DNA from: an uncultured Gemmatimonadales bacterium
GTDB lineage: Bacteria > Gemmatimonadota > Gemmatimonadetes > Gemmatimonadales > GWC2-71-9
NCBI GenBank assembly: GCA_963779755.1
Contig: CAVZZO010000003.1
Location: 1,756,782 to 1,820,781, forward strand
Reading direction: 5' to 3'
Length of the DNA: 64,000 nt
Shown: positions 18,935-29,937 of the stretch, one piece after another
Layout of the letters: each line of letters opens with the position of its first letter
Numbering within the stretch: the stretch's first letter is position 1
Notes under the pieces: model-generated
Told to the model about the DNA's origin: nothing
The model's input: only the letters and a program-made list of their open reading frames with translations
Databases searched by the model: none
Program-made: the position numbers and the translations under genes

Positions 18935-21900
18935 ATGTTCGCTGCGGTCCGCCGCTTACGCGGCATGCCGCCACCCGCCATCGTCCTTCTCGCGGCGGGC
19001 CTGGCGGTGGCGTGTCACTCCGATTCTCCCACCGGCCCCGGCCCCCAGCCGGAGGTTGCCGGCGTGGTGGTGACCGCCCTCCGCCAGCTGCTGGCGCCGG
19101 GAGATACCCTACAACTGGTTGCGCAGGTAATGGACTCGGCCGGCCGGGTGCTCCCCACCGAACCGGTGTCCTGGACGTCCAGCGATCCGGGCGTGATTCA
19201 GGTGGACGGGCAAGGGATGGCCACGGCCCAGTCGGTGGGCAAGGCCATCATTACCGCCAGCTCCGGCAGTCACACGGGAGCGGTGAGTCTCGAGGTCGGC
19301 GTCTCCCAGTTGTGCCCCTGCACCAGAATCATCGACTCGACGTCGGTCGCGCTGGAGTCGCGCGACGACTCCACCGGCGTCTACGTCTTCCGCATTCTGC
19401 GCGGCCCGCCACCCGACGTGGATTCGGGCTCCATCCTGGTCGGCGCCGAGGGCGAGGGGTACATCCGCCGGGTGCAGCATGCGTCCCTGGCGGGCGACGT
19501 GCTGACGGTCCAGACTACGCAGGCGTACGTGGAAGAAGCGGTGCAGGAGGGCGGTTTCTCCACGACCGCGTTCAGCGATTCCTCCGAAGGCGTGCCGGCG
19601 CCCGGGGGCGGCGCGTGGCTGGGACCGTGGAAGACGGTCTACATGGCGCCGGGCGTCAGCCTCAACCGGGCCGGGCTCTGCTGTACGCTGGACGGCCTCT
19701 CGTTCTCCATCAAGGTCACGCCGTCGGCGAGTGCACCGGTCTCCGGCCAGGTGGACTTCACTATTGACAAGGGCGACATCGATTTCTCCCCCCGGACCTC
19801 GATGGTGACGAAGGTCCACCTGAGCAAACTGGTGAAGTTCCAGCACGTGCTCCGCGGGAATCTTGCCCTCAACATCGATCAATACACGCTCAAGGTCGGT
19901 GTTACCGGCAGCCAGGGGCTGACCGTCCTCAAGAAGGAAAGCCAGAACTTCATCATCCAGCAGCGGCCCTATGCCACCTTCATCGGCCCCATGCCGGTGC
20001 TGGTCATCTTCACCAAGAAGATCTCGCTCGACATCACGCCCAGCGTGGGCGCCAGTGTCACGTTCACCGGCTCCTACCACGCCTCGCTGGGGATCGAGGC
20101 GGGCGCGCGGTGGACCGACCCCGGCGGCTGGAAGCCGGTCTTCAGCGCGACCTCGTCACGCGACGCCACCGCGCCGAAGATCGCCGGAGTGGAAGGCACC
20201 GCGGCGGTCAAGATCGCCGTGGTGCCGGAGTTCAACATCCTGCTCTACGGTGTCGTGGGCCCGTACATCAACCTGGAGCCCTATGCCAACGCCTCGGCGT
20301 CCAGCGTGCTGGGGCTCTCGGGCGGAACGCCCACCGGCCTGGATTGGGAAACCGCGATCGACCTCGGGCTCAATCTCAATGGTGGCGCCAAGCTCTCCGT
20401 GATGGGACGGAAGGACCTGTTCGAGTTCGGCTACACCGTGCCCCTGATCAAGCCGAAACGCCTGGTGCGGGACTTCAGCGACGGCCAGCTCACCATCCGC
20501 AGCATCACTTCCGGCCAGGATACCCCATCCACCTTCGGGGTCCAGCTCCGGCCGGCGTTCGTGGACCAACTGCCGCTCCTGGGGATCCGCGATCTCCAGT
20601 ACGACTCGGTGGACAGCACCATCGCGCCCAACGGGACCCTGGTGCTGGACAAGATCCGCTCGGGCACGGGCTATCCCCACCGGCTGGCGCTCACCCAGAT
20701 CGCCGGGAACTGCTATGACAGTCTGCCCAACCCGGATACGGTCGCCATCGGCTCGCATGCCTTCATTGCGCTGGGCGGCGCCGCGACCGACACCCTGTTC
20801 CGGGTGAACTGTATCCCGCTGGGCGATCTCGATGTCCAGACCAGCGTCAGCGGCCCCAGCCCGCCCCCGCGCTTCCGGGTGATTCTGCTGCGGCGGGACA
20901 CCGTCGGAGTGGGCCGGGCGGACACGCCCGATACGGTGGACATCCCCGGAGGCCACGCGCCGGCGGATACGGTGCTGGAGAAGTTCATCCCGGTCAATCC
21001 CCGCCGGGGGGAACCGGCCGGCTGGACGCGACGCTGGAAACCACCCGGCGCAACTGCGCCGTCGCGCGCCCGTCCACCAGCCAGCTGGTGATCCAGTCCG
21101 GGGATACGGTCGCCACCCAGTACCTGGTGACCTGCGTCCCGCTGGGGAGCATCATGATGTCGGCGGCCACCTTCGACCCGGATCCGCCACCCGGGCAGAG
21201 CAGCCTGGTGTACCAGCCACAGGTGGCGCCGCTGGCCGTGCAGGACAGCGTGGCGCTGCCGCCCGGTCCGCTCACGGCCGGCGACAGTACCATGGTGGAC
21301 AGCCTGGTACCGCTCTACAACGCCAGCGGCGCGCCCGGGAAGTACACCACCCAGCTCACCGGGGCGCCGAACCGGTGTTCCGATCCCCAGGGGCTGGCCC
21401 GCTCGGTCACGGTGCTGCCGGGCGACACGGCCATCACCGCCTATTCCCTGCATTGCGTCGAGCGGCTCCATGTCGTCACCACGACCCTGGGCCCCGGCAC
21501 CGATGCCAACGGCTATAGCATCGTCATCCTGCACCCCGGCGGTACGGTGGACACGCTGGCCGCCGGCCCCGACGATACCGTGCCTGTGGCCGGCCTGGCG
21601 CCGGGCCAGCATATCCTCAAGCTGGCGGATGTCGAGCCCAGCTGCATCGCCCCGGCGGCCGATACCGTGATGGTGAGCGCCACCGATTCGACCCTGGCCC
21701 GGTTCTTCGTCTCCTGTCCGGCACCGCCGCCGCCCTCCGGGCTGATGGCGACCACCGTCACGACCTCGCAGATCGACCTGGCCTGGCGACCGGCCGGACC
21801 GGACAGCGTGATCGCGAGCTATCGCCTCTATCGCAACGGCGCGCAGTACGACTCCACCGCCGATACCACCTTCAGCGATGCCGGCCTGGCACCGTACACC

Positions 21901-22530
21901 CAGTTCACCTACCAGGTGGCATCGGTGAACCATGCCGGCCTGGAAGGGCCCCTGAGCGGGCCGCTGGCCGTCCGGACGCTCGATGCCACGCCGCCCACCG
22001 CACCGCAGAATCTCTCGGCGGCGGCGGCCGGCGGGTTCCAGGCCAACCTCACCTGGAGCGCGGCGACGGATCCCGAAACCGGCATCGCAGGCTACCGGAT
22101 CTATCGTGGCGGGGTGCTGGTAGACAGCACCTCCGGCACCGCGTACGCGGACACCAGTCTGGCGCCCAATACCACCTACAGTTGGGAAGTGTCGGCGGTG
22201 AACGGGCAGGGACAGGAGGGTCCCCGCAGTACGCCCGCATCGGCCACTACCGCTTCCCTCACAACCACGGGTGAGATCCGCGTCACCGTGGTCACCTCGG
22301 GCGTTATTCCGCAGTCGCCGTTCGAGGTACTGCTGGAAGGGCCGGACCGGCTCACCGGGCCGGTAGCGCCGAACGGAAACGCGATCTTCACCGATCTCAC
22401 ACCCGGCTCGTACAGCGTCCTGTTGCGAGGGACGCCCGTGACCTGCACTATCACGGAGCCCAATCCCCGGACCCTGGGGGTCGTGGCCGGCCAGCAGGCG
22501 CAGACCAGCTTCACGGTGGTATGCCAGTGA
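18935..22530 (+). CDS. Large lipoprotein with Big_2 Ig-like and FN3 domains, frameshift near 21010
   Basis: Lipobox LAVAC; VSWTSSDP Big_2; FN3 motifs (YRLYRNG, YTQFTYQV); frames join at the G run 21006-21011. Confidence 0.75.
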
Positions 22531-25470
22531 TGGACAGACGCCGCCGGCGGCCTCGTCTCTGGGCCGCCCTCGCCTTCCTCGCGGCGGTGGCCTGCCACTC
22601 CGATACCACCGGACCGGCCGGACCGCCGTCCGCATCGCGCTCGTTGGTCGAGGTGACCAACGGCGTGGTCGCCTCGGGGGAAACCACCAGCGTGCAGCTC
22701 GTCCTGATGGACGCCGGCGGAAACCGGGTGGAAGCAGGCGGCAATACGGTGGCCTTCGGATTGATGGCCGGCACCAGCGGTGGGACGATGGGGCCGGCCC
22801 TCGATCTGGGTAACGGCACCTATACGACGACCTTTACCGGCATCGTCGCCGGCACGCCGGCCACCGTGACCGCTTCAATTGACGGTTCGCCCGTTACCAG
22901 TCCGCTGCCGACCATCCAGGTAGTGCCGGGCCCCGTTTCGCTCGCGGTATCGGTGATTGACGTCTCACCCGGCACGGTGACCCGCGGCGGTCAGGCAACG
23001 ATCACGCTGGACACGCGCGACGCCGCGGGCAATCCGCTGGGGAAGGGCGGTCTCGGCGTGGCCTTTGCCGCCGGCGGAGGCACCGCGACCGGCACCATGA
23101 GCCCGGTGACCGATCAGGGCGACGGGCATTACACCGCCGTCTTCACCGGCACCGGCCTGGGGAGCCCCCTGACCATCGGCGGCACGGTGGACGGCATGCC
23201 GCTCACCAGCGCATTGCCCACCCTGTCCGTGGCCTACGGCGTCGCGGGCGATTCGTCGGTCATCTCCGTTTCGTCCGACACCGTCTCCGTCAACCAGGGC
23301 ATCACCCTGACGCTCCAGGTACGGGACTCGGCCGGGGTCGCCAGAACGTCGGGCGGCGATACCGTCGCCTTCAGCTTCCAGAACACCGGAGCCGGCGACG
23401 GTACCATCGACAGCACCACCGACCTGGGCGATGGGAGCTATACCGCCAGCTTCACCGCCTCGCAGGCGGGGGCGGTCATTATCGGCGCGACGCTCAACGG
23501 CCGGGCGGTAGGCGGCACCCAGCCGATGGTGAGCATCCTCGGCGCGTCGGTCAACCCGCAGAACTCCGGCGTCAGTGTCTCCCGCGATACCGTCGCGGCC
23601 GGCGACAGCGCCACACTGACCCTGACGGTCCGGGATCTCGACAGCAACCAGACCGCCGCCGCCGGGCTCAGCATCGTCTTCACCGCCGGGGACGGCACTA
23701 CCGGCGGCGGCACCATCGGGCCGGTGACCGACCACGGCGACGGCACCTATACGGCGCAGTTCACCGGCATGCGCGCCGGACCGGCGGCGGAAATCGGGGC
23801 GGTGATCAACGACACCGGCCAGGTGCAGATGCTGGATTCCACGGGCGCCTCGCAGCTGCCTACGATTACCGTCATCCCGGGGCCGGTGGCGCCGGATTCG
23901 TCGGTCTTCAGTGCCAGCCCGTCCCGGGTGAATGTGGGGGATTCCGCGCTCCTGCGGCTGGACACGCGAGACGGCTACGGAAATGCGCTCCGGCAAGGCG
24001 GCCTGGCGGTGAGCTTCCAGCGTACCGGCGGCGCCGGCGTCAGCGTGGGCCACCTGGGCGCGGTGGCGGACCAGGGCGACGGGACCTACCTGGCGCATTA
24101 CTTCGCCGATACCGCCGGCGTGGGCGACACGCTGAGCGCCCTGATCGGCGGGGTGCCGGTCACGACCGCCATGCCGGTCATCGAGGTGACCTGCACGGCG
24201 GGCCCGGTGAACCTGCAGCAGTCCGTCATCACCGTCAACGACACCACGTCCCTGCAGTCGCCGTCAAGCCAGGTCGCCCTTCCCTCCGGGGTGACCACGA
24301 CCATCACGCTCCAGCTGCGGGACGACCACGGGTGTGCCGTCACCGCGAGCCATAGCGTGAGCTTCAGTGCGACCGGGGGGACCAGCACCGGCCAGCTGGG
24401 AGCGACGGTGGACCAGGGCGACGGCAGCTATACCGCCACCTTCACCGGCATGCCCTGGCGGGGACCGCGCTGGACAGTGCGGGGCCACCGTGGACGGCAA
24501 TGCGGTGACCTCGACTTCACCCACCATCACCGTGATTCCGGGCGATATCTCGGCGCAGACCTCGTTCGTCACGCTTACACCTGCGGCACTGGATTCCGGC
24601 GCGCACAGCGCCGCCACACTCCATGCGCGGGACGCCGCCGGGAATGTCCTGGTGACGGGTGGGCGGAACGTGGTCTTCAGTGTGGCCGGCACCCCGGCGC
24701 ACGGGTCGGTAGGGCCCGCGACCGATCCGGGGAACGGCACCTACGTCGCCGTCTATACCGCCACCGCGGTGGACCCCGCCACCCCCGACTCGGTGACCGC
24801 CTTCATCGAAGGCACGCCACTCCAGATGACGCCCCCCACGGTCCTGGTGGTGGCGGGTACTATCTCGCCCGATCAATCGCTGGTATCGCTGGGAGGGACG
24901 ACCGTCGCGGCGGGGGATTCGGTGCTGCTTACCCTGACCGGCAAGGACGCGGCCGGACGAGCACTGGTCACGGGCGACCGGACCACGGCGATCGCCTTTA
25001 CCCAGGCCGGGCCGGGCACCGGCGTGGTGGGAACGTTGCAGAACCCGGACGACGGTAGTTATCACGCCTGGTTCTACGGCCGCAGCGCCGGCGGGCCGAC
25101 CACCATCGGCGCCCTGATCGGCGCCGCCGCGGTCACCACCCCCCTGCCCACGCTGAGCGTGGTAGCCGGCCCCGCCTCCCCGGCGACCTCAACCGTCACC
25201 GCCGCGACGGACAGCCTCGACGTGGGCCAGACAACCACCGTCGAGCTGCAGGTGTCCGATGCCTACGGGAATCCGGTGAACAATGCCGGGCTCTCGGTGG
25301 CGTTCACCGTCAGCCCCGGCACGGTGGGGACGGTCGGTGCCGCATCGTACGTGACGGGCAACACCTGGTCCGCCACCTTCACCGCGGCCGGATCGGGGAC
25401 CGCGGATGTGGGCGCGACGATCAACGGGGTGGCGGTGACGACGCCGCCGGCGGTGATCGGGGTGCCCTGA
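22530..25470 (+). CDS. Invasin/Big_1-repeat lipoprotein, frameshift near 24450-24480
   Basis: Lipobox AAVAC; about nine repeats with DxGDGxYTAxF and DAxGN motifs. Confidence 0.8.
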
Positions 25471-25474
25471 CCCC

Positions 25475-25527
25475 GCAGGGCGACGCGCAGGGGCGACGCA
25501 TGCGTCGCCCCTGCATGCGTCGCCCCC
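25475..25527. repeat. Nested REP palindromes
   Basis: Perfect 28-bp palindrome GCAGGGGCGACGCATGCGTCGCCCCTGC (25487-25514) inside a split related copy. Confidence 0.85.
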
Positions 25528-25535
25528 GACGCGGT

Positions 25536-26088
25536 TCATAACCGCCGCGGGTTTTCCCGGATATACCGCCGGACCCGGTCCAGCATCCGGTCATCCCGGA
25601 TGATCCATTCGTGGTAATTCCGCTGCCATAACCTGGCCCCTGGCGTCCCGCACCATTGGTTGACCCGCCTGGTCACGGCGGATTTGTACGATCCGACGAT
25701 GGCCCCGACGGATCCCGGCGGCGCACCGGATGGTCGGGACCGCAGGGGCGACGCATGCGCGCGCCGCGGGGGCATGCCTCGCCCCCGCGGCGTCCGGAGC
25801 CATCCATCCCCCGCCAACCAAAATGATCCCGTGCACATGGTCCGGCATCACCACGAATTCGTCCAATGTCACGCGCGGGAAATGGTGGGGGATCTGATGC
25901 CACACGTTCAGCGCGATTCGGCCGGCGGCGCTCAACACCACCCTACCCGGAACGCGGTGTCCGAACAGCCGGCGGCGGCCATGCAGGCAGATGGTCACGA
26001 AATATCCGCCCGGCCGCGTGTAATCGTATCCCTTCAACCGGGTGGACCGGCGGTGATATCGCTGGCGGGCATAGCGGTCGTACACCAT
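25536..26088 (-). mobile_element. REP-associated tyrosine transposase (RAYT, Y1 HUH), frameshift near 25765
   Basis: RRSTRLKGYDY..GYFVTIC, VVMPDHVHGI (HUH), LWQRNYHEWIIRD, YIRENP. Confidence 0.88.
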
Positions 26089-26197
26089 GACGGAGCATCA
26101 TGGCGAAAGACCGTGCCCTCGGGATCCGAAAGTCGCGGAGAGGAGCGGAATCGCCCAACAGGGCATCGCCAACCCGCAACGCAGTTATCATCGGGAC

Positions 26198-27040
26198 ATG
26201 ATCGTCCACCTGATCGACGGCACCTACGAGCTGTTTCGCCATTTCTACGGCCTGCGCCGCTTTACCAAGGGCAAGGACCGGCCCTTTGGCGGCGTCATCG
26301 GCGTGCTCCATACCGTCTTCCAGATCCTCGAGGGCGGCGGCACCCACCTGGGTGTCGCCACCGACCACGTGATCGAATCCTTCCGCAACGAGCTGTATCC
26401 GCGGCTACAAGACGGGCGAAGGGATCGAGCCGGCCCTGTGGGCGCAGTTCCATCCGCTGGAGGAGGCGCTCCGAGGCGCTCGGCATAGTGGTCTGGCCCA
26501 TGGTGGAACTGGAGGCGGACGACGGTCTCGCCTCGGCCGCCTCCATCGCCGAACGGGACCCGCGGGTGGAGAAGATCTGCATCTGGACTCCGGACAAGGA
26601 TCTGGGTCAATGCGTACGGGACGGTCGCGTGGTCCAGATAGACCGGCGGGGCAAGAAGATCCTGGACGAGGAAGGGATCCGGAAGAAGTTCGGCGTGCTG
26701 CCGACTCTCATTCCCGATTATCTCGCCCTGGTAGGCGATGCGCAGGACGGCTATCCCGGTGTTTCCGGCATCGGAGCGGTCACGGCCGCCCGGCTGCTGA
26801 ACCGGTATGGCCCGATCGAGCAGTTCCCGGCGGAGGTGCTGGGAGGCAGGAGTAAGGAGGCGCTGCTGTTCAAGCGCCTGGCGACATTGCGGACCGACGC
26901 GAAGCTCTTCCGGAACGTGGATGAGCTGGAGTGGAAGGGGCCGACGCCGGTATTTCGCGGAGTGGGCGAAGAAGATGGGACAGGAGCGGATGGTGGATCG
27001 GGCGAAGAAGGCGGCGGTGCGGAAAGAAGGTGATGAGTAA
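26198..27040 (+). CDS. 5'-3' exonuclease/flap endonuclease, multiple frameshifts
   Basis: HLIDGTYELFR, EADD, TPDKDL, LALVGD..DGYPGVSGIG spread over different frames. Confidence 0.82.
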
Positions 27041-27059
27041 GGATCGGACGCCTTACGTC

Positions 27060-29705
27060 CTATTTACCGCCCACCAGCCGCTCGAATCGTGGGTTACCCC
27101 TGAGCGGCGCAAACGTCGGGTCGATCCGCAGCCAGCCGGGCGAGAGATAGTACGGCATCTTGAGCAGCGGCTCCAGCAGGTCCAGCGCCTTTTCCGGTTC
27201 ACCCACGAGCAAGTAGATGCGAACCAGCTGGTGCTGGTTGTAGGTGCCGCCAAACGCTTCCTGACTGGGCGGCGAAAGCGCGAGTCCGCGTTTGCCTTCG
27301 GCGATCGCCTCCGCCTTCCGGCCGAGATAGGCCAGCGCCAGTCCCAGGAACATGTGTCGCTGGGCATTGTCCGGCGTTGCCTGCAGCTGCTCCACGAAGG
27401 CCTGCCGGGCAGAGTCGGCGTAGATCCTGGCCTTCCCGAGGTTCCCCCGGACATACTCGGTCTCGGCCCGGACGATGCCCCAGGTGGCCCGGTCGTTGTC
27501 AAAGGCGCTCGGGGACAGAGTGAGGAGTTGCTGCTGCTGGGCATCGTCCAGCACCCAGTAGAGATCCCAGAAGTTGCCGAAGACGACGAGCAGAGAGGCA
27601 GAATCGGTGGTGGTCAGGGCCGAGCGCACTATCTCCCGGGCACCGGGAAGGTCGCCCTGGGCCAGGTCCAACATCGCCCGGTTCTCGATGACCGCCAGGT
27701 TGGCCGGGGCAAGCGCAAGAGCCCGATCCATCCAGGACCTGGCCTCGTCGTAGCGGCGCAGCCAGAGCAGCGTAAACCCGGTACGCCGTACCGTGACGGC
27801 CGAGCGCGGGTCGAGGGTTCCTGCCCTGATGAAGTGCTCCCGCGCCGATTCCCAGCGACCCAGACTCTGCTCCGCCAATGCCGCGCTTCCCAGCAAATCC
27901 ACATTCGCGGGCGCCAGCTTGAGCCCAGCCTCAAATGCCTGGAGGGCGCGCCGGCTGTCGCCCGACACGAAGGCATAGTAGCTCCCGAGCGCCAGTTGTC
28001 CCTCAGGACGGGCGGGCCCGAGCTGCTGCGCCCGCTCGGCCGCGTTCCGGGCTTGCTCCGCCAGCGCCGGCAGGGGCGTGCTGTTGGTGTAGAGGAGCGA
28101 TCTTGCCCGGGCCAGTTGAGCCCAGGCCGGAACGAACGACGGGTCGAGGTTCACCGCCTGCTCGTAGGAGGCAATCGCTCGCCGCAGGCTCGGCACATCG
28201 CTGGCCGACATGGCCTGTGAAGCCGCTTCACCTTTGAGGAACGCATCGTAGGCGGCGAGATTCGCCGTGGGCTTGGCCGCCAGCTCCTCCCGCACGCTGT
28301 CGCCCAGCGCCACATTGAGCGCACTTGCTACCCGGCCGGCGATGTCGGCCTGCACCTGAAACACGTCGGTGAGCGAGGCGTCGAATGCCTGTTGCCACTT
28401 GGTGGTGGGCGTCGCCCCCGGCTCGACCTGCACCAGTTCCGGACTCACCCGCACCCGGCTCGGACCATCGGCCGGCTTCTCCCAACGCACCGTCGCGGTC
28501 AGAAGGTACTCCGCGCCCAGCTCCCGTGCGATATCCTGGGGGGACTTGCCGCTATGCCGGTATTCGTTGGAGCTGGCCCGCGCGATCACGGCCAGACCAG
28601 CGAGCTGAGAAAGCTTCCCCCGCACCTCGTCGGTGATCCCGTCGGCAAAGTAGGCGTCGGCCGAATCGCCCATATTATCGAAAGGCAGCACGGCGATCCG
28701 CTTCGGCCCCAGCGCGCTGCTCGAGCCGCCCCGGCTGCTGCGCCAGGCGAAGAGCACGCCCACGCCAATCAGAAAGCCGAGCAGGAGCAGCATCGCCGCG
28801 GTGGGCAGGCGTCGCTGTCGGCCCTGGCCTGGTGCGGAGACCGGCACGGGAGCGGCGGCCTTCGGGACCGTGCCGGCGGGGAGCCGGAGTGCGCGGGCCA
28901 ACTCCCCGGCGCTGGCAAACCGGTCGGCGGGAAGCGTCGCCAGCGCCCGCTGAATCGCCTGATCCACCGCCTCGGGCACGCTGGCGCGCAAGCTGTGCAC
29001 GCTCGGCGCCTCCTCGGTCAACCGCCGGGCGATGATCGCCTGGACGGTGGGGCCGCTGAACGGCGGCTCGCCCACCAGCATTTCATAGAGCACACAGCCC
29101 AGGGAGTAGATATCGGTCCGGACATCCAGCGCATGCTCGCCGCTCGCCTGCTCCGGGCTCATGTAGGCCGGGGTGCCGATGCTGATGCCCGTTTCGGTCA
29201 GCCGCTCTCCACCCGCCACCGCCCGGGCAATCCCGAAATCGGCCACCAGAGTGGATCCGTCCCGGGTGAGCAGGAGGTTCTCCGGCTTGATATCCCGATG
29301 TACCACCCCGTGCTCGTGGGCGTACTGCAGCCCCTGGGCCGCCTCCCGGGTGATCCGCAGGGCTTCCTCCACGGAAAGCTGACGCTCCCGGTGCAGCCGG
29401 TCCCGCAGCGATTCACCCTCCACGAACGGCATGGTGAACCAGAGATAGCCTGCCGTCTCCCCCGAATCGTGAACCGCAAGGATATGGGGGTGCTGCAGCC
29501 GGGCGGCCAGCCGGATCTCCTGCTGGAACCGCTCGGGCCCCAGGGTGGCGGCGAGCTCGGGGTGCAGGACCTTGAGGGCGACCGGGCGGTCATGCTTCAG
29601 GTCGTGGGCGAGATAGACCGTGGCCATCCCCCCGCGCCCAAGCTCACGCTCGAGGCGGTAACGGTCGCGAAGACCCTCGGCCAGTGCCGCAGGTAGCTCG
29701 TTCAA
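27060..29705 (-). CDS. Hanks-type Ser/Thr kinase-TM-TolB_N-TPR
   Basis: GRGGMATVY, HRDIKPEN, DFG, IAVLPFDN; start uncertain (TTG 29705). Confidence 0.92.
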   Translation of the reverse strand: MNELPAALAEGLRDRYRLERELGRGGMATVYLAHDLKHDRPVALKVLHPELAATLGPERFQQEIRLAARLQHPHILAVHDSGETAGYLWFTMPFVEGESLRDRLHRERQLSVEEALRITREAAQGLQYAHEHGVVHRDIKPENLLLTRDGSTLVADFGIARAVAGGERLTETGISIGTPAYMSPEQASGEHALDVRTDIYSLGCVLYEMLVGEPPFSGPTVQAIIARRLTEEAPSVHSLRASVPEAVDQAIQRALATLPADRFASAGELARALRLPAGTVPKAAAPVPVSAPGQGRQRRLPTAAMLLLLGFLIGVGVLFAWRSSRGGSSSALGPKRIAVLPFDNMGDSADAYFADGITDEVRGKLSQLAGLAVIARASSNEYRHSGKSPQDIARELGAEYLLTATVRWEKPADGPSRVRVSPELVQVEPGATPTTKWQQAFDASLTDVFQVQADIAGRVASALNVALGDSVREELAAKPTANLAAYDAFLKGEAASQAMSASDVPSLRRAIASYEQAVNLDPSFVPAWAQLARARSLLYTNSTPLPALAEQARNAAERAQQLGPARPEGQLALGSYYAFVSGDSRRALQAFEAGLKLAPANVDLLGSAALAEQSLGRWESAREHFIRAGTLDPRSAVTVRRTGFTLLWLRRYDEARSWMDRALALAPANLAVIENRAMLDLAQGDLPGAREIVRSALTTTDSASLLVVFGNFWDLYWVLDDAQQQQLLTLSPSAFDNDRATWGIVRAETEYVRGNLGKARIYADSARQAFVEQLQATPDNAQRHMFLGLALAYLGRKAEAIAEGKRGLALSPPSQEAFGGTYNQHQLVRIYLLVGEPEKALDLLEPLLKMPYYLSPGWLRIDPTFAPLRGNPRFERLVGGK

Positions 29706-29937
29706 GGGGAAGAGGTGGAGATGACTGGAATATGCACGCAGCCCATGGCCCGCCGCCACTTTGGGCTGGACAGCGGCAGGCGGGGGAACACCCGGTTCGT
29801 AGCCGCCTGGCCCGCCGGCCACGAGGATTCACCAGTGTGCGGGGATCATCATACCGGTTTGCAGGTGGCGTTGGACTGAACACCCCTCACCCCGGCGGGG
29901 GGTTGTCCGGCCACCTGGTCCGTCGCCATGCAGCCGC

